Origin: Gloeobacterales cyanobacterium
GTDB lineage: Bacteria; Cyanobacteriota; Cyanobacteriia; Gloeobacterales; PMM-0068
Length of the DNA: 64,000 nt
NCBI GenBank assembly: GCA_038245785.1
Contig: JBBRSB010000029.1
Span: 1 to 64,000, forward strand
Direction of reading: 5' to 3'
A program made the position numbers and the translations under genes. Within the stretch, counting starts at the first letter, position 1. Each line of letters begins with the position of its first letter. The notes under the pieces were generated by a model that did no database searches, was not told the origin of the DNA, and saw only the letters and a program-made list of their open reading frames with translations. Positions 1 through 8,880 of this stretch are shown piece by piece.

Positions 1-713
1 GGCCTGGTTTGAGTACGGGCAGTAGGCAATTCTCTAACCAAATCTCAAACACCGAACGATTGCAGGCTCCCTCTACCGTGAACGGGGCCATCAGTTGCTG
101 GTTGCACAGGGCCGCAATCATATTGACTCGGCCCTGCCGTCTCCCTGACTTCAGGGCATGAAAGCGCTGACCTCGCTCATTCCAGCCATAGGCATAATCG
201 TCTCGATTGTCCATCCCAGACTCATCGATATAGACCACACTCTGCGCTGGTTTGGCTGACAACTGCTCCAGGAACGCTTGGCGTTTGGCTTCATCGCGCT
301 CTCGGTAGCCATAAGTTTTTTTTTCGGGTAAAGTCGATTTTTTGCAAAGCTCTGGAGATGGTGCGCGCGCTAATTGGACTCTCCCAGAGTTGTGCCATCT
401 CAGCTTGGGTTTTATCCCCATGCGCTTGAGCAAAGGCACGAAACTTTTCCCAGTCCGTGATTCTGCGCCCCTTGCCGCGAAGCTGCTTGGGCTTGGCTTG
501 GTAGTCTCCGGTTTCGGCTTGGCGCTTGAGCCATAGGTCAATAGTATTGCGACTGATATTAAAGATAAGGCTCGCTTCGCTCTTCCTTATGCTATCCATC
601 TGAATAGCTTGGATGACTTTTTGGCGCAGGTCGTAGCTATAAGGTTTGGCCATGAGAATGTCGGAGCACAACACAAATTCTAGCCCATGTCCTAATATTC
701 TTGACTATTGCTA
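1..713 (-). mobile_element. IS630-family insertion sequence (left end plus transposase, runs off the window start)
   Basis: HTH ORF MAKPYSYDLRQKV (ATG 653) shifts frame at an A9 run (316-324) into the DDE part KTYGYRERDE...YIDESG. Terminus TAGCAATAGTCAAG abuts a TA at 714-715. Confidence 0.9.
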
Positions 714-812
714 TACTTTGAGAATCCACTCCATGATTTTCAATCATGAAAAATTGACTCAGCTCAGGTGATATTTGCTCAGGCTAAAGTTAACAATCAA
801 CAATCTATACAG

Positions 813-1550
813 ATGACAGTTCCGCTAAGCCATTTTGTTGAGAAGACTGAGATACTTGCGAAAGGAGAAGTTGACAAAGTTATGTTGCTAGCTTTTTATT
901 ACCAAAATGGGCAAAGCAACTTCGAGTTTACAACGGACTCAGTGTGTGACTGGTTTGAAGCATTAGGCTTACATAAGCCGAACAAATCCCGGTTAAAACA
1001 AAGCTTAGGCAAGTCACGATCTTTTGTAAAGGGTAAGGAACAAGACTCTTTTCGTTTACACGTTAATAAGGTGAAGTCTCTCAATAAAGATTTCTCATTC
1101 ATGGATGAGAAGATTGAAGAAATAGAATCAACAGATACAATTTTACCAGCCTCACTCTATGAAAACACTCGTGGATATATAGAGTCTCTATCGAAACAAA
1201 TAAACGCATCATATGAAAACAATATATTTGACGGTTGTGCAGTTTTAATGCGGAGATTGTTGGAAATCTGCCTTATACTTTCCTATGAAAATCAAAAGAT
1301 CGATGCAGAGATTAGGGATTCTCATGGAAACTACAAAATGCTCTCTGAAATTGTCTCAAATGCGATAGGAAATCCTAAGCTTTCGCTGTCAAGAAATACA
1401 AAGCTATGCTTAGAGGATTTTCGATCACTCGGGAACTTCTCTGCACATAAGATTTACTATAATGCTAGAAAAGCAGATATTCGAAAGGTTTTACTTGAAT
1501 ATAGAGCAGCTATTGAGGAGCTACTGTACAAAAATGGAATCAAAAAGTGA
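813..1550 (+). CDS. N-terminal winged-helix-like domain plus DUF4145-like HEPN domain protein
   Basis: GCAVLMRRLLE and RSLGNFSAH (RxxGNxxAH) motifs; AT-rich DNA. Confidence 0.65.
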   Translation: MTVPLSHFVEKTEILAKGEVDKVMLLAFYYQNGQSNFEFTTDSVCDWFEALGLHKPNKSRLKQSLGKSRSFVKGKEQDSFRLHVNKVKSLNKDFSFMDEKIEEIESTDTILPASLYENTRGYIESLSKQINASYENNIFDGCAVLMRRLLEICLILSYENQKIDAEIRDSHGNYKMLSEIVSNAIGNPKLSLSRNTKLCLEDFRSLGNFSAHKIYYNARKADIRKVLLEYRAAIEELLYKNGIKK

Positions 1551-1554
1551 AGAA

Positions 1555-2091
1555 ATGGTAATGACCAACCAAGTAAAGGCCAAAATCAACTTTAAAACAG
1601 GTGAAGTTGAATTAGAAGGATCAGAACAGTTTGTAGAGAGTCAACTTGCTAAAATAGACTCCATTGTGGAGTATATGGCACTACTTGCATCAAACAATTC
1701 AGTGGATGATGGGAGCATCATAGAGCAAGAGGAAATAGCTGCTGTTGCAGAGGAAGAACAGGAAAAACTGGCATCTGTTGGTGAGCAAGGACTTCAAGTG
1801 CCAAATACTTTTGGTGAATGGCTTCATGGTTTCAAAAATGATCTCAACGATTTAGAAAAGGCATTAATCACAGCTTATTATGTACAGAAACAATCAATAC
1901 AAAACGATTTCAAGACTTCTGAAGTTAATAAGTCACTTCAGGAACATGGAGTTAAGTTAACAAATCCTTCAAATTCACTGAACAGACTGTCAGAGAAGAA
2001 GCTTCTTTTCCAAACGCGAAAAAATGGAAAATTAAAATATATGAGGGTTTCATCAGATGGTGTAAATTTCCTAAAATCCTTGCGGAGATAA
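1555..2091 (+). CDS. Uncharacterised protein with C-terminal winged-helix-like domain
   Basis: Starts 4 nt after the upstream stop; N-terminal GEVELEGSEQFVE, acidic linker, C-terminal KALITAYY...FKTSEV...G..LTNPS. Confidence 0.6.
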   Translation: MVMTNQVKAKINFKTGEVELEGSEQFVESQLAKIDSIVEYMALLASNNSVDDGSIIEQEEIAAVAEEEQEKLASVGEQGLQVPNTFGEWLHGFKNDLNDLEKALITAYYVQKQSIQNDFKTSEVNKSLQEHGVKLTNPSNSLNRLSEKKLLFQTRKNGKLKYMRVSSDGVNFLKSLRR

Positions 2092-2253
2092 TACTTTAGA
2101 TGTTTGTTTATTGATAGAGTTTGCCATTTTAAATGTATGAGATGAGTGAAAATTTCTAGGGGATATCAAAAAGCTAGGTGGCAAGGCGACTAGTTGCTTA
2201 ATTAATAGAAATGATGTAAGCAAATTCAAAAATATAGGCATGTAAGCGTAGTT

Positions 2254-3120
2254 ATGAACAGCACTGAGTATGAGCAGTTTGTCCGGGACATTCAACAATC
2301 TCTTCTAAGTGCACAGGGGCTGGAAACCGTCATAGCTCAACATGATATTAAGCTGTCGGGCATAAGTAGTCAAAAGCATCAAATTGATGTTTATTGGGAA
2401 TATCGTCTTGCTGGCATCACTCATCGTGTTGCACTGGAATGCAAGCGTCATAGTGCCAAAGTTGACTTGGGCATTGTTAGGGATTTTTGGGGAGTTCTAG
2501 ATGATATACCGGGGTTGCGTGGCGTTATCATTTCACCTGTTGGCTTCACATCTGGAGCGGAAACATTTGCAAAGAGTAAAGGTATTAGCCTTAAAGTTGT
2601 TCGAAAAGCCGAAAATATTGACTACGATGGACGCATTAAAACTATTCATATCAACATGCATTTGAGATTGCCAATAAATCTCAAATTGGACGTAGTCTTG
2701 GATGAGGCTTGGTACCAGACAAACACAGGTACTGAAAGAGAAACACTTCTTCAAGAGATGCAAGGTATGCATTCAGTTAAAGGAGTTGTGATAGAAGATC
2801 GTAATACAGGAGAGAGACTTTTTCTTGATCAGCTTCCAAGGTATCTCCCAGTATTAGGATTAGAAGACATATCATGTACTCATGAATGGGAGAAAAACTT
2901 TAATGAAGGTTTTTTATTACAAACTGAAAAACCAGATTTAAAACTGCTAAGGATAAAGGTTTACTACCAGATTAATGAATTTACTGAAGAGATCACCTTT
3001 AATGCTAGTGATGTTGCAGAAACATTAATTCAAGATGCAATACAAAAAACTTTGCTTTTTGTAAATGAACAAGGTAGTATTTCAGGAGATTTAGAAGCAG
3101 AAGGAATTTATAAAAAGTAA
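2254..3120 (+). CDS. Mrr-like PD-(D/E)xK restriction endonuclease domain protein
   Basis: EYEQFV...HQIDVYWE...ALECKRH...GFTSGA motif set. Confidence 0.8.
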   Translation: MNSTEYEQFVRDIQQSLLSAQGLETVIAQHDIKLSGISSQKHQIDVYWEYRLAGITHRVALECKRHSAKVDLGIVRDFWGVLDDIPGLRGVIISPVGFTSGAETFAKSKGISLKVVRKAENIDYDGRIKTIHINMHLRLPINLKLDVVLDEAWYQTNTGTERETLLQEMQGMHSVKGVVIEDRNTGERLFLDQLPRYLPVLGLEDISCTHEWEKNFNEGFLLQTEKPDLKLLRIKVYYQINEFTEEITFNASDVAETLIQDAIQKTLLFVNEQGSISGDLEAEGIYKK

Positions 3121-3177
3121 TGGAAATCATAACTTTGTATAGTATAAATTAATCCTATCTCTGGATTCGTAGAGGCT

Positions 3178-3262
3178 GCCTAATAACTCGCATAAAGCGA
3201 CCTGATAAATACTCATTTAAAGATACAAAAATCATTTTAGCCGCTCAGTCGCACCGTTAGTC
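3178..3262 (+). other. Degenerate attC-like site
   Basis: Begins GCCTAAT (RYYYAAC-like) and ends CCGCTCAGTCGCACC-GTTAGTC (GTTRRRY-like); 85 bp; follows a CDS. Confidence 0.45.
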
Positions 3263-3533
3263 TGCTCTGGATCTTGATCGAGAAAGTACTCCTAGTTTTC
3301 TCTTTATAATATGATTACGCGAGTTTGACTTTGGACATTAGATTAAGATTTTATGTCATCAATTTCCACTTGGCTTCCCAATAAGTTTAGAAACTGAAAA
3401 GACGTTTTAATCAACAAATTAGCTTGGTCAGAAATTGGGACTCAATACTCAGTCCAAGTGGGAGTGTATGACCTATCATCTATAATTGAGTGAGACAGAG
3501 CGTTATCCATTGAACTTGCCCCGAGGCATTTTT

Positions 3534-3773
3534 ATGTTGAATGTGACTATTGATGAAATTCAGCGCGATCCTTTAAAGTATCTACGTCAGGTGGAAGCTG
3601 GGGTAACTTTTGTCATTCTTCAGGCGGATAAGCCGATCGCTGAACTTAGACCGATTTCGACAAGCACTAAGCAATTGCGACCATTTGGCCTATGTGCTGG
3701 TGAGTTCACCGTTCCCGATGATTTTGATGATCCTTTGCCAGAAGAGATTTTGAGTGCGTTCAAGGGCCGATGA
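3534..3773 (+). CDS. Phd/YefM-family antitoxin (cognate toxin reduced to an ATGAAAATTCT stub)
   Basis: KPIAELRPI...RPFGLCAGEFTVPDDFDDPLPEE; overlapping ATGA start that does not continue as a toxin. Confidence 0.75.
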   Translation: MLNVTIDEIQRDPLKYLRQVEAGVTFVILQADKPIAELRPISTSTKQLRPFGLCAGEFTVPDDFDDPLPEEILSAFKGR

Positions 3774-3851
3774 AAATTCTGGTACGGATATCAGCAGTCA
3801 CAATTCTCATCTCGCTTACAATAGAGGGGCATGGAGCTTTAAAGGTGAAGG

Positions 3852-4091
3852 ATGGCAACATTAACCTTGAGTAATGAACAAGTTGTTGAACTAGTCAAAC
3901 AGTTGCCGGTTGAACAGCAAGTTGAAGTATTTAAATTCCTACTTCTCCAGCAGTGGGATAAGTGGGAATCATTATCTCGCTATGGCGCTGATAAAGTCAG
4001 ACTAGTTGCCCAAGAACGAGGCTACAACTGAGATACTATGTCTGAAGAAGACCGTGAACCTTTCATTGATGACATAGTACATGAAGATTAA
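3852..4091 (+). pseudogene. Putative antitoxin with in-frame TGA at 4029-4031
   Basis: MATLTLSNEQVVELVKQLP...GYN*DTMSEEDRE; the paralog at 7562 has TGG at that codon. Confidence 0.7.
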
Positions 4092-4170
4092 TGCAATACG
4101 TTGCTGTTTTTGATACCAATACCTGTTTTCTACGGTGCTTTCCTGACAACAATCTATTCTGATTTCTGGC
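4091..4170 (+). pseudogene. PIN toxin N-terminal remnant with a small insertion
   Basis: MQYVAVFDTN[35 nt insert]ILISG; TAATG coupling to the upstream antitoxin. Confidence 0.6.
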
Positions 4171-4247
4171 ACTAGCAAAGTCAGGTTCACCCTTTCAACT
4201 TGGATTTACGATAAAATAGTTGAGAACCCTTTTCCTTTCGCCCCCCT

Positions 4248-4454
4248 ATGAAATTCAATGTAACGCTTGACCGCGATGAAGATGGAATGTGGATTACAGA
4301 ATGCCCGAGTATCCCTGGATGCGTTAGTCAAGGTAAGACGAGAGCAGAAGCTATAACCAACATTCAGGATGCCATCACTGCTTGCTTGCAAGTTCGTGCA
4401 GAGCGCGGGATGCCTCTAACCATCGAGACTCACCAAGTTGAAGTCGTTGCATAG
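4248..4454 (+). CDS. hicB: HicB-family antitoxin
   Basis: DEDGMWITECPSIPGCVSQGKTRAEAITNIQDAI. Confidence 0.9.
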   Translation: MKFNVTLDRDEDGMWITECPSIPGCVSQGKTRAEAITNIQDAITACLQVRAERGMPLTIETHQVEVVA

Positions 4455-4456
4455 TT

Positions 4457-4681
4457 ATGGGATCTAATCTTCCAATCTTGAGCGGTCGTGAGGTCGTCCG
4501 GATTTTTGAATCATTCGGCTGGGAAGTGGTCCGTCAAACGGGTAGCCACATCATCATGGTCAAGGATGGTGAAGTTGCAACACTTTCAGTTCCCGATCAT
4601 CGCGAAGTAGCCAAGGGAACCCTGCGCAGTCTAATTCGGACCGCTGGGTTGACTGTGGATGAGTTTGTTTCAGCGATGTAG
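4457..4681 (+). CDS. hicA: HicA-family mRNA interferase
   Basis: GWEVVRQTGSHIIM...VPDHREVAKGTLRSLI. Confidence 0.9.
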   Translation: MGSNLPILSGREVVRIFESFGWEVVRQTGSHIIMVKDGEVATLSVPDHREVAKGTLRSLIRTAGLTVDEFVSAM

Positions 4682-4768
4682 TAAACGAATCTATCATTCT
4701 CCGGGTAGTCGATATTAAGCCCACTACCTTTGGCTGCGATACCAGTATTACTGTTTTTTACCTCCTTC

Positions 4769-5011
4769 TCACTGGAGTGGCTCACGCATAGGGTCACGGG
4801 TAATCGCTGGCAAATCCACTCCTCCCAGTGCCGCGAAGCGCTGATGGATCGCTTTGGCTAAATTCTTCTGTGGAGTTGTTTGTTCGATCGCAAGAGCTGT
4901 ACGTAAGATATCGCGGGCCTCTTCTTCCATAGAACGCCCATGCTGGGCAGCACGAACCCGCAATTGACTTTTCAAGTGTTCATCAAGATTTCGAATGGTA
5001 ATACTGGCCAT
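4769..5011 (-). CDS. FitA/StbC-like ribbon-helix-helix antitoxin (no downstream PIN)
   Basis: MASITIRNLDEHLKSQLRVRAAQHGRSMEEEARDIL. Confidence 0.85.
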   Translation of the reverse strand: MASITIRNLDEHLKSQLRVRAAQHGRSMEEEARDILRTALAIEQTTPQKNLAKAIHQRFAALGGVDLPAITRDPMREPLQ

Positions 5012-5038
5012 ATGTTCTTCGTAATCAATGCATATATT

Positions 5039-5479
5039 TTAGGCAAAAGCTTCAGCTAGTTCTGTACTCATGATAGCTAGAGCACTTTCATGCCATTCAT
5101 AGAGCACGGCCTCAAATTCGTCCCAAGAATCTTCGCCCACATGGGCTCTGTGGAAAGCTTCTTGGACTTCGGTAAAAAGTTGTTCTAACTCATCTGGGTC
5201 AAACGCCTTAAGCCAGGAGTAAGGATGCTGGTCCTGGAGACCTTTCTTTGTGCCTAAATGGTAGATGGCTTGAGCCAGATTAAAAAAGACTTCAGCATGA
5301 CCAGATGCATCCGCCATTCGTGCAGCGTCTTCCCGACGCAGCAGGGCAAAGGCTTGGTCATTGCGGGTGATAGTGACTGGGCGTTGAAGAGCAATATCAA
5401 GAACGTGGCCTGGCTGACGGTTCAGCTCAGTTGCACTAATCAGTTCATCCCTATAAATTTTTTGCCCCATGCTCAGCAT
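5039..5479 (-). CDS. Phd-like antitoxin with C-terminal extension
   Basis: ISATELNRQPGHVLDIALQRPVTITRN. Confidence 0.65.
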   Translation of the reverse strand: MLSMGQKIYRDELISATELNRQPGHVLDIALQRPVTITRNDQAFALLRREDAARMADASGHAEVFFNLAQAIYHLGTKKGLQDQHPYSWLKAFDPDELEQLFTEVQEAFHRAHVGEDSWDEFEAVLYEWHESALAIMSTELAEAFA

Positions 5480-5522
5480 GACTTACCCTCAGCATCTGCT
5501 TGGTTTTAACCTGGATGTCTAG

Positions 5523-5544
5523 TATACGTAAAATTCTACGTATA
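5523..5544. promoter_or_regulatory. Perfect inverted repeat, putative operator between divergent antitoxin genes
   Basis: TATACGTA-N6-TACGTATA. Confidence 0.5.
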
Positions 5545-5601
5545 AAATAAAGGTATGCCGAAAGTATATTCAAGACATTGGGTATTTGCTGGAAACAATC
5601 A

Positions 5602-5820
5602 ATGCACCAGGTTAACTTGAAAGAAGCTGAGACTCAGTTGGCAAGACTCATTGAAGAAGCGGCAGGCGGCAAAGAAGTTATCATCACCCACAGTGACGGG
5701 GTATCTTTCAAAATCGTGAGGATAAGCGCAGCAGGAACCAGCCCTAAATTTGGTAGTGCTAAGGGATTGGTGAAAATGTCGGAGAATTTTGACGAGCCCT
5801 TAGAGGATTTTGAAGAATAA
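5602..5820 (+). CDS. Phd-family antitoxin (orphan)
   Basis: MHQVNLKEAETQLARLIEEAAGGKEVIIT...FGSAKGLVKMSENFDEPLEDF. Confidence 0.8.
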   Translation: MHQVNLKEAETQLARLIEEAAGGKEVIITHSDGVSFKIVRISAAGTSPKFGSAKGLVKMSENFDEPLEDFEE

Positions 5821-5910
5821 GCCCCTCACAGCAAATATATTGAAGGTCGTCTGGTACCTTCGGTGCGACACCAGTATTAAAGTAGAGATCGAAGTTTAGG
5901 AGGCTAAACA

Positions 5911-6138
5911 ATGCAGCAGGTCGATATCACTCAGGCTCAAGTCCAAATTACTCAACTCCTTCAATCTGCCCTGAGGGGTGAGGAAATTATCATCACCCGT
6001 GATAATCAACCTATCCTTAAATTGATTCAATTCGCTCCTACTCTCAAACGGCGACAGCGAGGTAGCACCAAAGGACAGATTTGGATGGCCCCCGACTTTG
6101 ACGAACCACTAGAAGACTTCAGAGAGTATATGGAGTGA
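5911..6138 (+). CDS. Phd-family antitoxin
   Basis: GEEIIITRDNQP...RGSTKGQIWMAPDFDEPLEDF. Confidence 0.85.
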   Translation: MQQVDITQAQVQITQLLQSALRGEEIIITRDNQPILKLIQFAPTLKRRQRGSTKGQIWMAPDFDEPLEDFREYME

Positions 6139-6221
6139 AAATACTCATCGACACTCATACTTTTTTGTGGTTTGTCAACGATAGCCCTAATCTCAGTAGC
6201 TATGCCGCTGGGTTATCATAG
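6135..6221 (+). pseudogene. Truncated VapC/PIN toxin
   Basis: GTG start, MKILIDTHTFLWFVNDSPNLSSYAA, then an early stop. Confidence 0.75.
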
Positions 6222-6244
6222 AACCAAGGTTCGGTTCATAAACC

Positions 6245-6538
6245 ATGTAAGTAGCTATTGATATTGGTACCTTGATTGTCCAAACTCCTGGAATCTGTGG
6301 CGGTCGTCCTCGAATTGCTGGAACCCGGATTACGGTTCAAAATATTGCAATCGACTTCAATGCAGGGATGAAGCCGGAAGCAATCGTTTCTGAGAGGACA
6401 CCCCTGACACAGGCACAAGTTTATGCAGCGATAGCCTACTACTACGCAAACAAAGAGGCGATCGATGCAGAGATAGCCACTTATTATAAAGAATTCGATC
6501 GTTTGGAAGTTGAGCATAAGTCAGGCCAGGGAGCGTGA
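6245..6538 (+). pseudogene. DUF433 antitoxin with TAA at codon 2 (restart at TTG 6272 possible)
   Basis: ATG TAA GTA GCT ATT is in frame with TPGICGGRPRIAGTRITV. Confidence 0.75.
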
Positions 6539-6906
6539 ACCAAATCCGTCTCTTTCTGGATGAAGATGCTCTTCAAGATGCTTTGGTGCAAGCTCTTCAG
6601 AGTTCTTGTGTAAATGTCATGACTGTTATCGATGCTGGCAGGCCCAGTTTTTCTGATGAGGCGCAACTTATCTAGGCTGCACAACAGGGACGTGTTATTT
6701 ACAGCTTCAACATGGGAGATTTTCATCAATTACACAGTATTTCCTTGTCGGAGGGCAGGAGGCATAGTGGCATTATTCTGGCACCGCAACAACGTTATTC
6801 AATTGGTGAACAACTGCGGGGACTGTTGAAACTGATGACTGAAAAGTCTGCGGAAGATATGGTTAATCAGTTGGTTTTCCTGAGTGCTTATATTCGAGAT
6901 AGCTGA
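6535..6906 (+). pseudogene. DUF5615 PIN-like toxin with in-frame TAG at 6673-6675
   Basis: MNQIRLFLDED...SDEAQLI*AAQQGRVIYSFNMGDF...HSGII. Confidence 0.8.
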
Positions 6907-7184
6907 ACGGATATACCTAGTAGCTAGTGTCCCCTGAGATGAAGAGGAGAATGCTACTTTGCCGGACCTAATGATAGGAGTATTGCTGAGGAGTTCAATC
7001 AAAGCTACAAAGAAGGAGTCCTAGAGGTTTCGATCGATCAGGCAGTTTACGATCAGTATTTCAAGCCGCTTGAGTATCGCTATGATGAAAAGGGCAACTG
7101 TGACCGGATTGAGGTAGTTGTTCCTCAAACCTTGTTCCCAATCCTCAACCAATTTCCACGAATCCTCAAGCCACGGTAAACATC

Positions 7185-7502
7185 ATGGATAGTAAAAGCT
7201 GGGAGCAAATTAAGTCTAAGTACAAACTGGGTCAGTTTGTGCAGGGAAAGGTCGAGCATCATGCTCCTTTCGGAGTTTTTGTAGATATTGGTGAGCCCTC
7301 TGTGAAAGGCTTGATTAAGATCCCTGACTTTTTGGACGAGGGAGAGATGAGTGAAGAGATGTACCCTGAAGTCGGTACATTCATTGGAGCGATTATTGTT
7401 GGATACAACGAGAGCAATTCTTGTGAAGTGTATCTGAATGCGAAACCAAGTGTACTGCATGGAGTACTTGTACCTTTGAGAAGTCGTGCCTTAGCTTTCT
7501 AA
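7185..7502 (+). CDS. S1 RNA-binding domain protein
   Basis: GQFVQGKVEHHAPFGVFVDIG...GLIKIPD. Confidence 0.75.
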   Translation: MDSKSWEQIKSKYKLGQFVQGKVEHHAPFGVFVDIGEPSVKGLIKIPDFLDEGEMSEEMYPEVGTFIGAIIVGYNESNSCEVYLNAKPSVLHGVLVPLRSRALAF

Positions 7503-7525
7503 ATAACCATGTCTGAACAGTTTAT

Positions 7526-7819
7526 TTACAATAGGAAGGCATGGAGCTTTAAAGGTGAAGGATGGCAACATTAACCTTGAGTAACGAACAAGTTGTTGAA
7601 CTAGTCAAACAGTTGCCCGTTGAACAGCAAATCGAGGTCTTTAAATTCCTGCTTCTCCATTAAATTCCTGCTTCTCCAGCAGTGGAGCAAGTGGGAGTCA
7701 CTATCTCGCTATGGCGCTGATAAAGTCAGACTAATTGCCCAGGAACGAGGCTACAACTGGGATACTATGTCTGAAGAAGACCGTGAATCTTTCATTGATG
7801 ACGTAGTGCATGAGGATTG
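7526..7819 (+). repeat. Second copy of 3816-4088; antitoxin pseudogene frameshifted by a 19-bp tandem duplication
   Basis: Near-identical sequence; TTAAATTCCTGCTTCTCCA twice at 7641-7678. Confidence 0.85.
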
Positions 7820-7853
7820 TTGAAGTTGTCACGTAATCGCATGAGGCTAGACA

Positions 7854-7909
7854 ATGCAACAGATCGATATCACTGATGCTCAAGCCCAAATTACTCAACT
7901 TCTTCAATC
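7854..7909 (+). pseudogene. Truncated paralog of the 5911 Phd antitoxin
   Basis: MQQIDITDAQAQITQLLQS vs MQQVDITQAQVQITQLLQS; similarity ends where the RES gene ends. Confidence 0.7.
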
Positions 7910-8458
7910 ACGCACTTCAAAGAGCCCATCTTCCGTGGCAGAAAGGATGAAATTGCTTGGATCACCTTTTAAGGGGTCAGTTAGCAATTTTTCCAAGAAG
8001 ATGGCCATAACCCAGCGGTCTGGTTTATCTAAAAATGCCATGGAAGGGACAAGCACAGCTTCGGCAAGCGTAGTCTTGCGTACAAGCTGCGCGACGGCCC
8101 TAGCCTGCTCTGGGTCAAGAAAGCAGGACGGAGGATTCTGTAAGGACAGTTCTTTCCATAATTGTGGATTTCGTAAATCGACGACGTGTTTAAGCGTGAG
8201 TTCTAGTCTCCAGACATGACGAGCACGGGTTTGGCGCATTAGATTTGCAGACCGATCAATCTGCAAATGTCTGGCATACTCCGCTAACGCTACGTCCTTT
8301 TCGCTTGCAAGATAAAGGGTCGGTTGTCCTTCAACGTTCCAGCGGTTGTCCTTAGCTCGGCTGCTAAAGCGAAAATCAAGAATTCCGTAGGGTGAACCCT
8401 CTGGAATATGGCGCACACCAAAACCGCTCCAAGTCTCTAAAAAATCACCCAGAGCCAT
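7904..8458 (-). CDS. RES-domain toxin
   Basis: NRWNVEGQPTLYLASEKDVALAE...AVLVPS. Confidence 0.85.
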   Translation of the reverse strand: MALGDFLETWSGFGVRHIPEGSPYGILDFRFSSRAKDNRWNVEGQPTLYLASEKDVALAEYARHLQIDRSANLMRQTRARHVWRLELTLKHVVDLRNPQLWKELSLQNPPSCFLDPEQARAVAQLVRKTTLAEAVLVPSMAFLDKPDRWVMAIFLEKLLTDPLKGDPSNFILSATEDGLFEVRD

Positions 8459-8809
8459 CTAATAGCCAAGTCCTTCATAGTCAGCAGCTAGAGCAGCGAT
8501 AACTCGCTCATATTGACCCAGCGTGATCATTTCAAGCGCTGAGTGACCGTCAAAGGCAGTCACAGGAGTACGCATGAATTCTCTGAGACCATCGGGAGTG
8601 TACACGAGTAGGCCGAGTTCTTCAATTTCCTTGAGTTTGGCTAATGAGGCCCTGTGTTTTTGGCTAGGGGCGGCTTCGCCCTTTTCCCAGCGCTCATAGG
8701 TCTTGGCGCTGACATGCAGAAGTCTGCCTATGCCCTCACGCGATAAATTCCACGATTGCCGGATATTCCGTGGGTCGGCAAGCCTTGGTCCAGAGGATTT
8801 GACGGCCAT
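8459..8809 (-). CDS. Xre/MbcA/ParS-type antitoxin
   Basis: HTH (LLHVSAKTYERWEKG) plus FMRTPVTAFDGHSALEMI. Confidence 0.85.
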   Translation of the reverse strand: MAVKSSGPRLADPRNIRQSWNLSREGIGRLLHVSAKTYERWEKGEAAPSQKHRASLAKLKEIEELGLLVYTPDGLREFMRTPVTAFDGHSALEMITLGQYERVIAALAADYEGLGY

Positions 8810-8855
8810 GGTTAACCTGTGGATTGTTTATTTCACAGCTTCAGTTTAGCAATCT

Positions 8856-8875
8856 GTCTAGACTAGCGTCTAGAC
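8856..8875. promoter_or_regulatory. Putative operator of the Xre-RES operon
   Basis: GTCTAGAC-TAGC-GTCTAGAC, two palindromic octamers about 50 bp upstream of the start codon. Confidence 0.5.
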
Positions 8876-8880
8876 TTTGG

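Noticed and set aside
7854..8219. 121-aa ORF as a full gene
   Set aside because: Only the first 19 codons are antitoxin-like; the rest is antisense to the RES toxin
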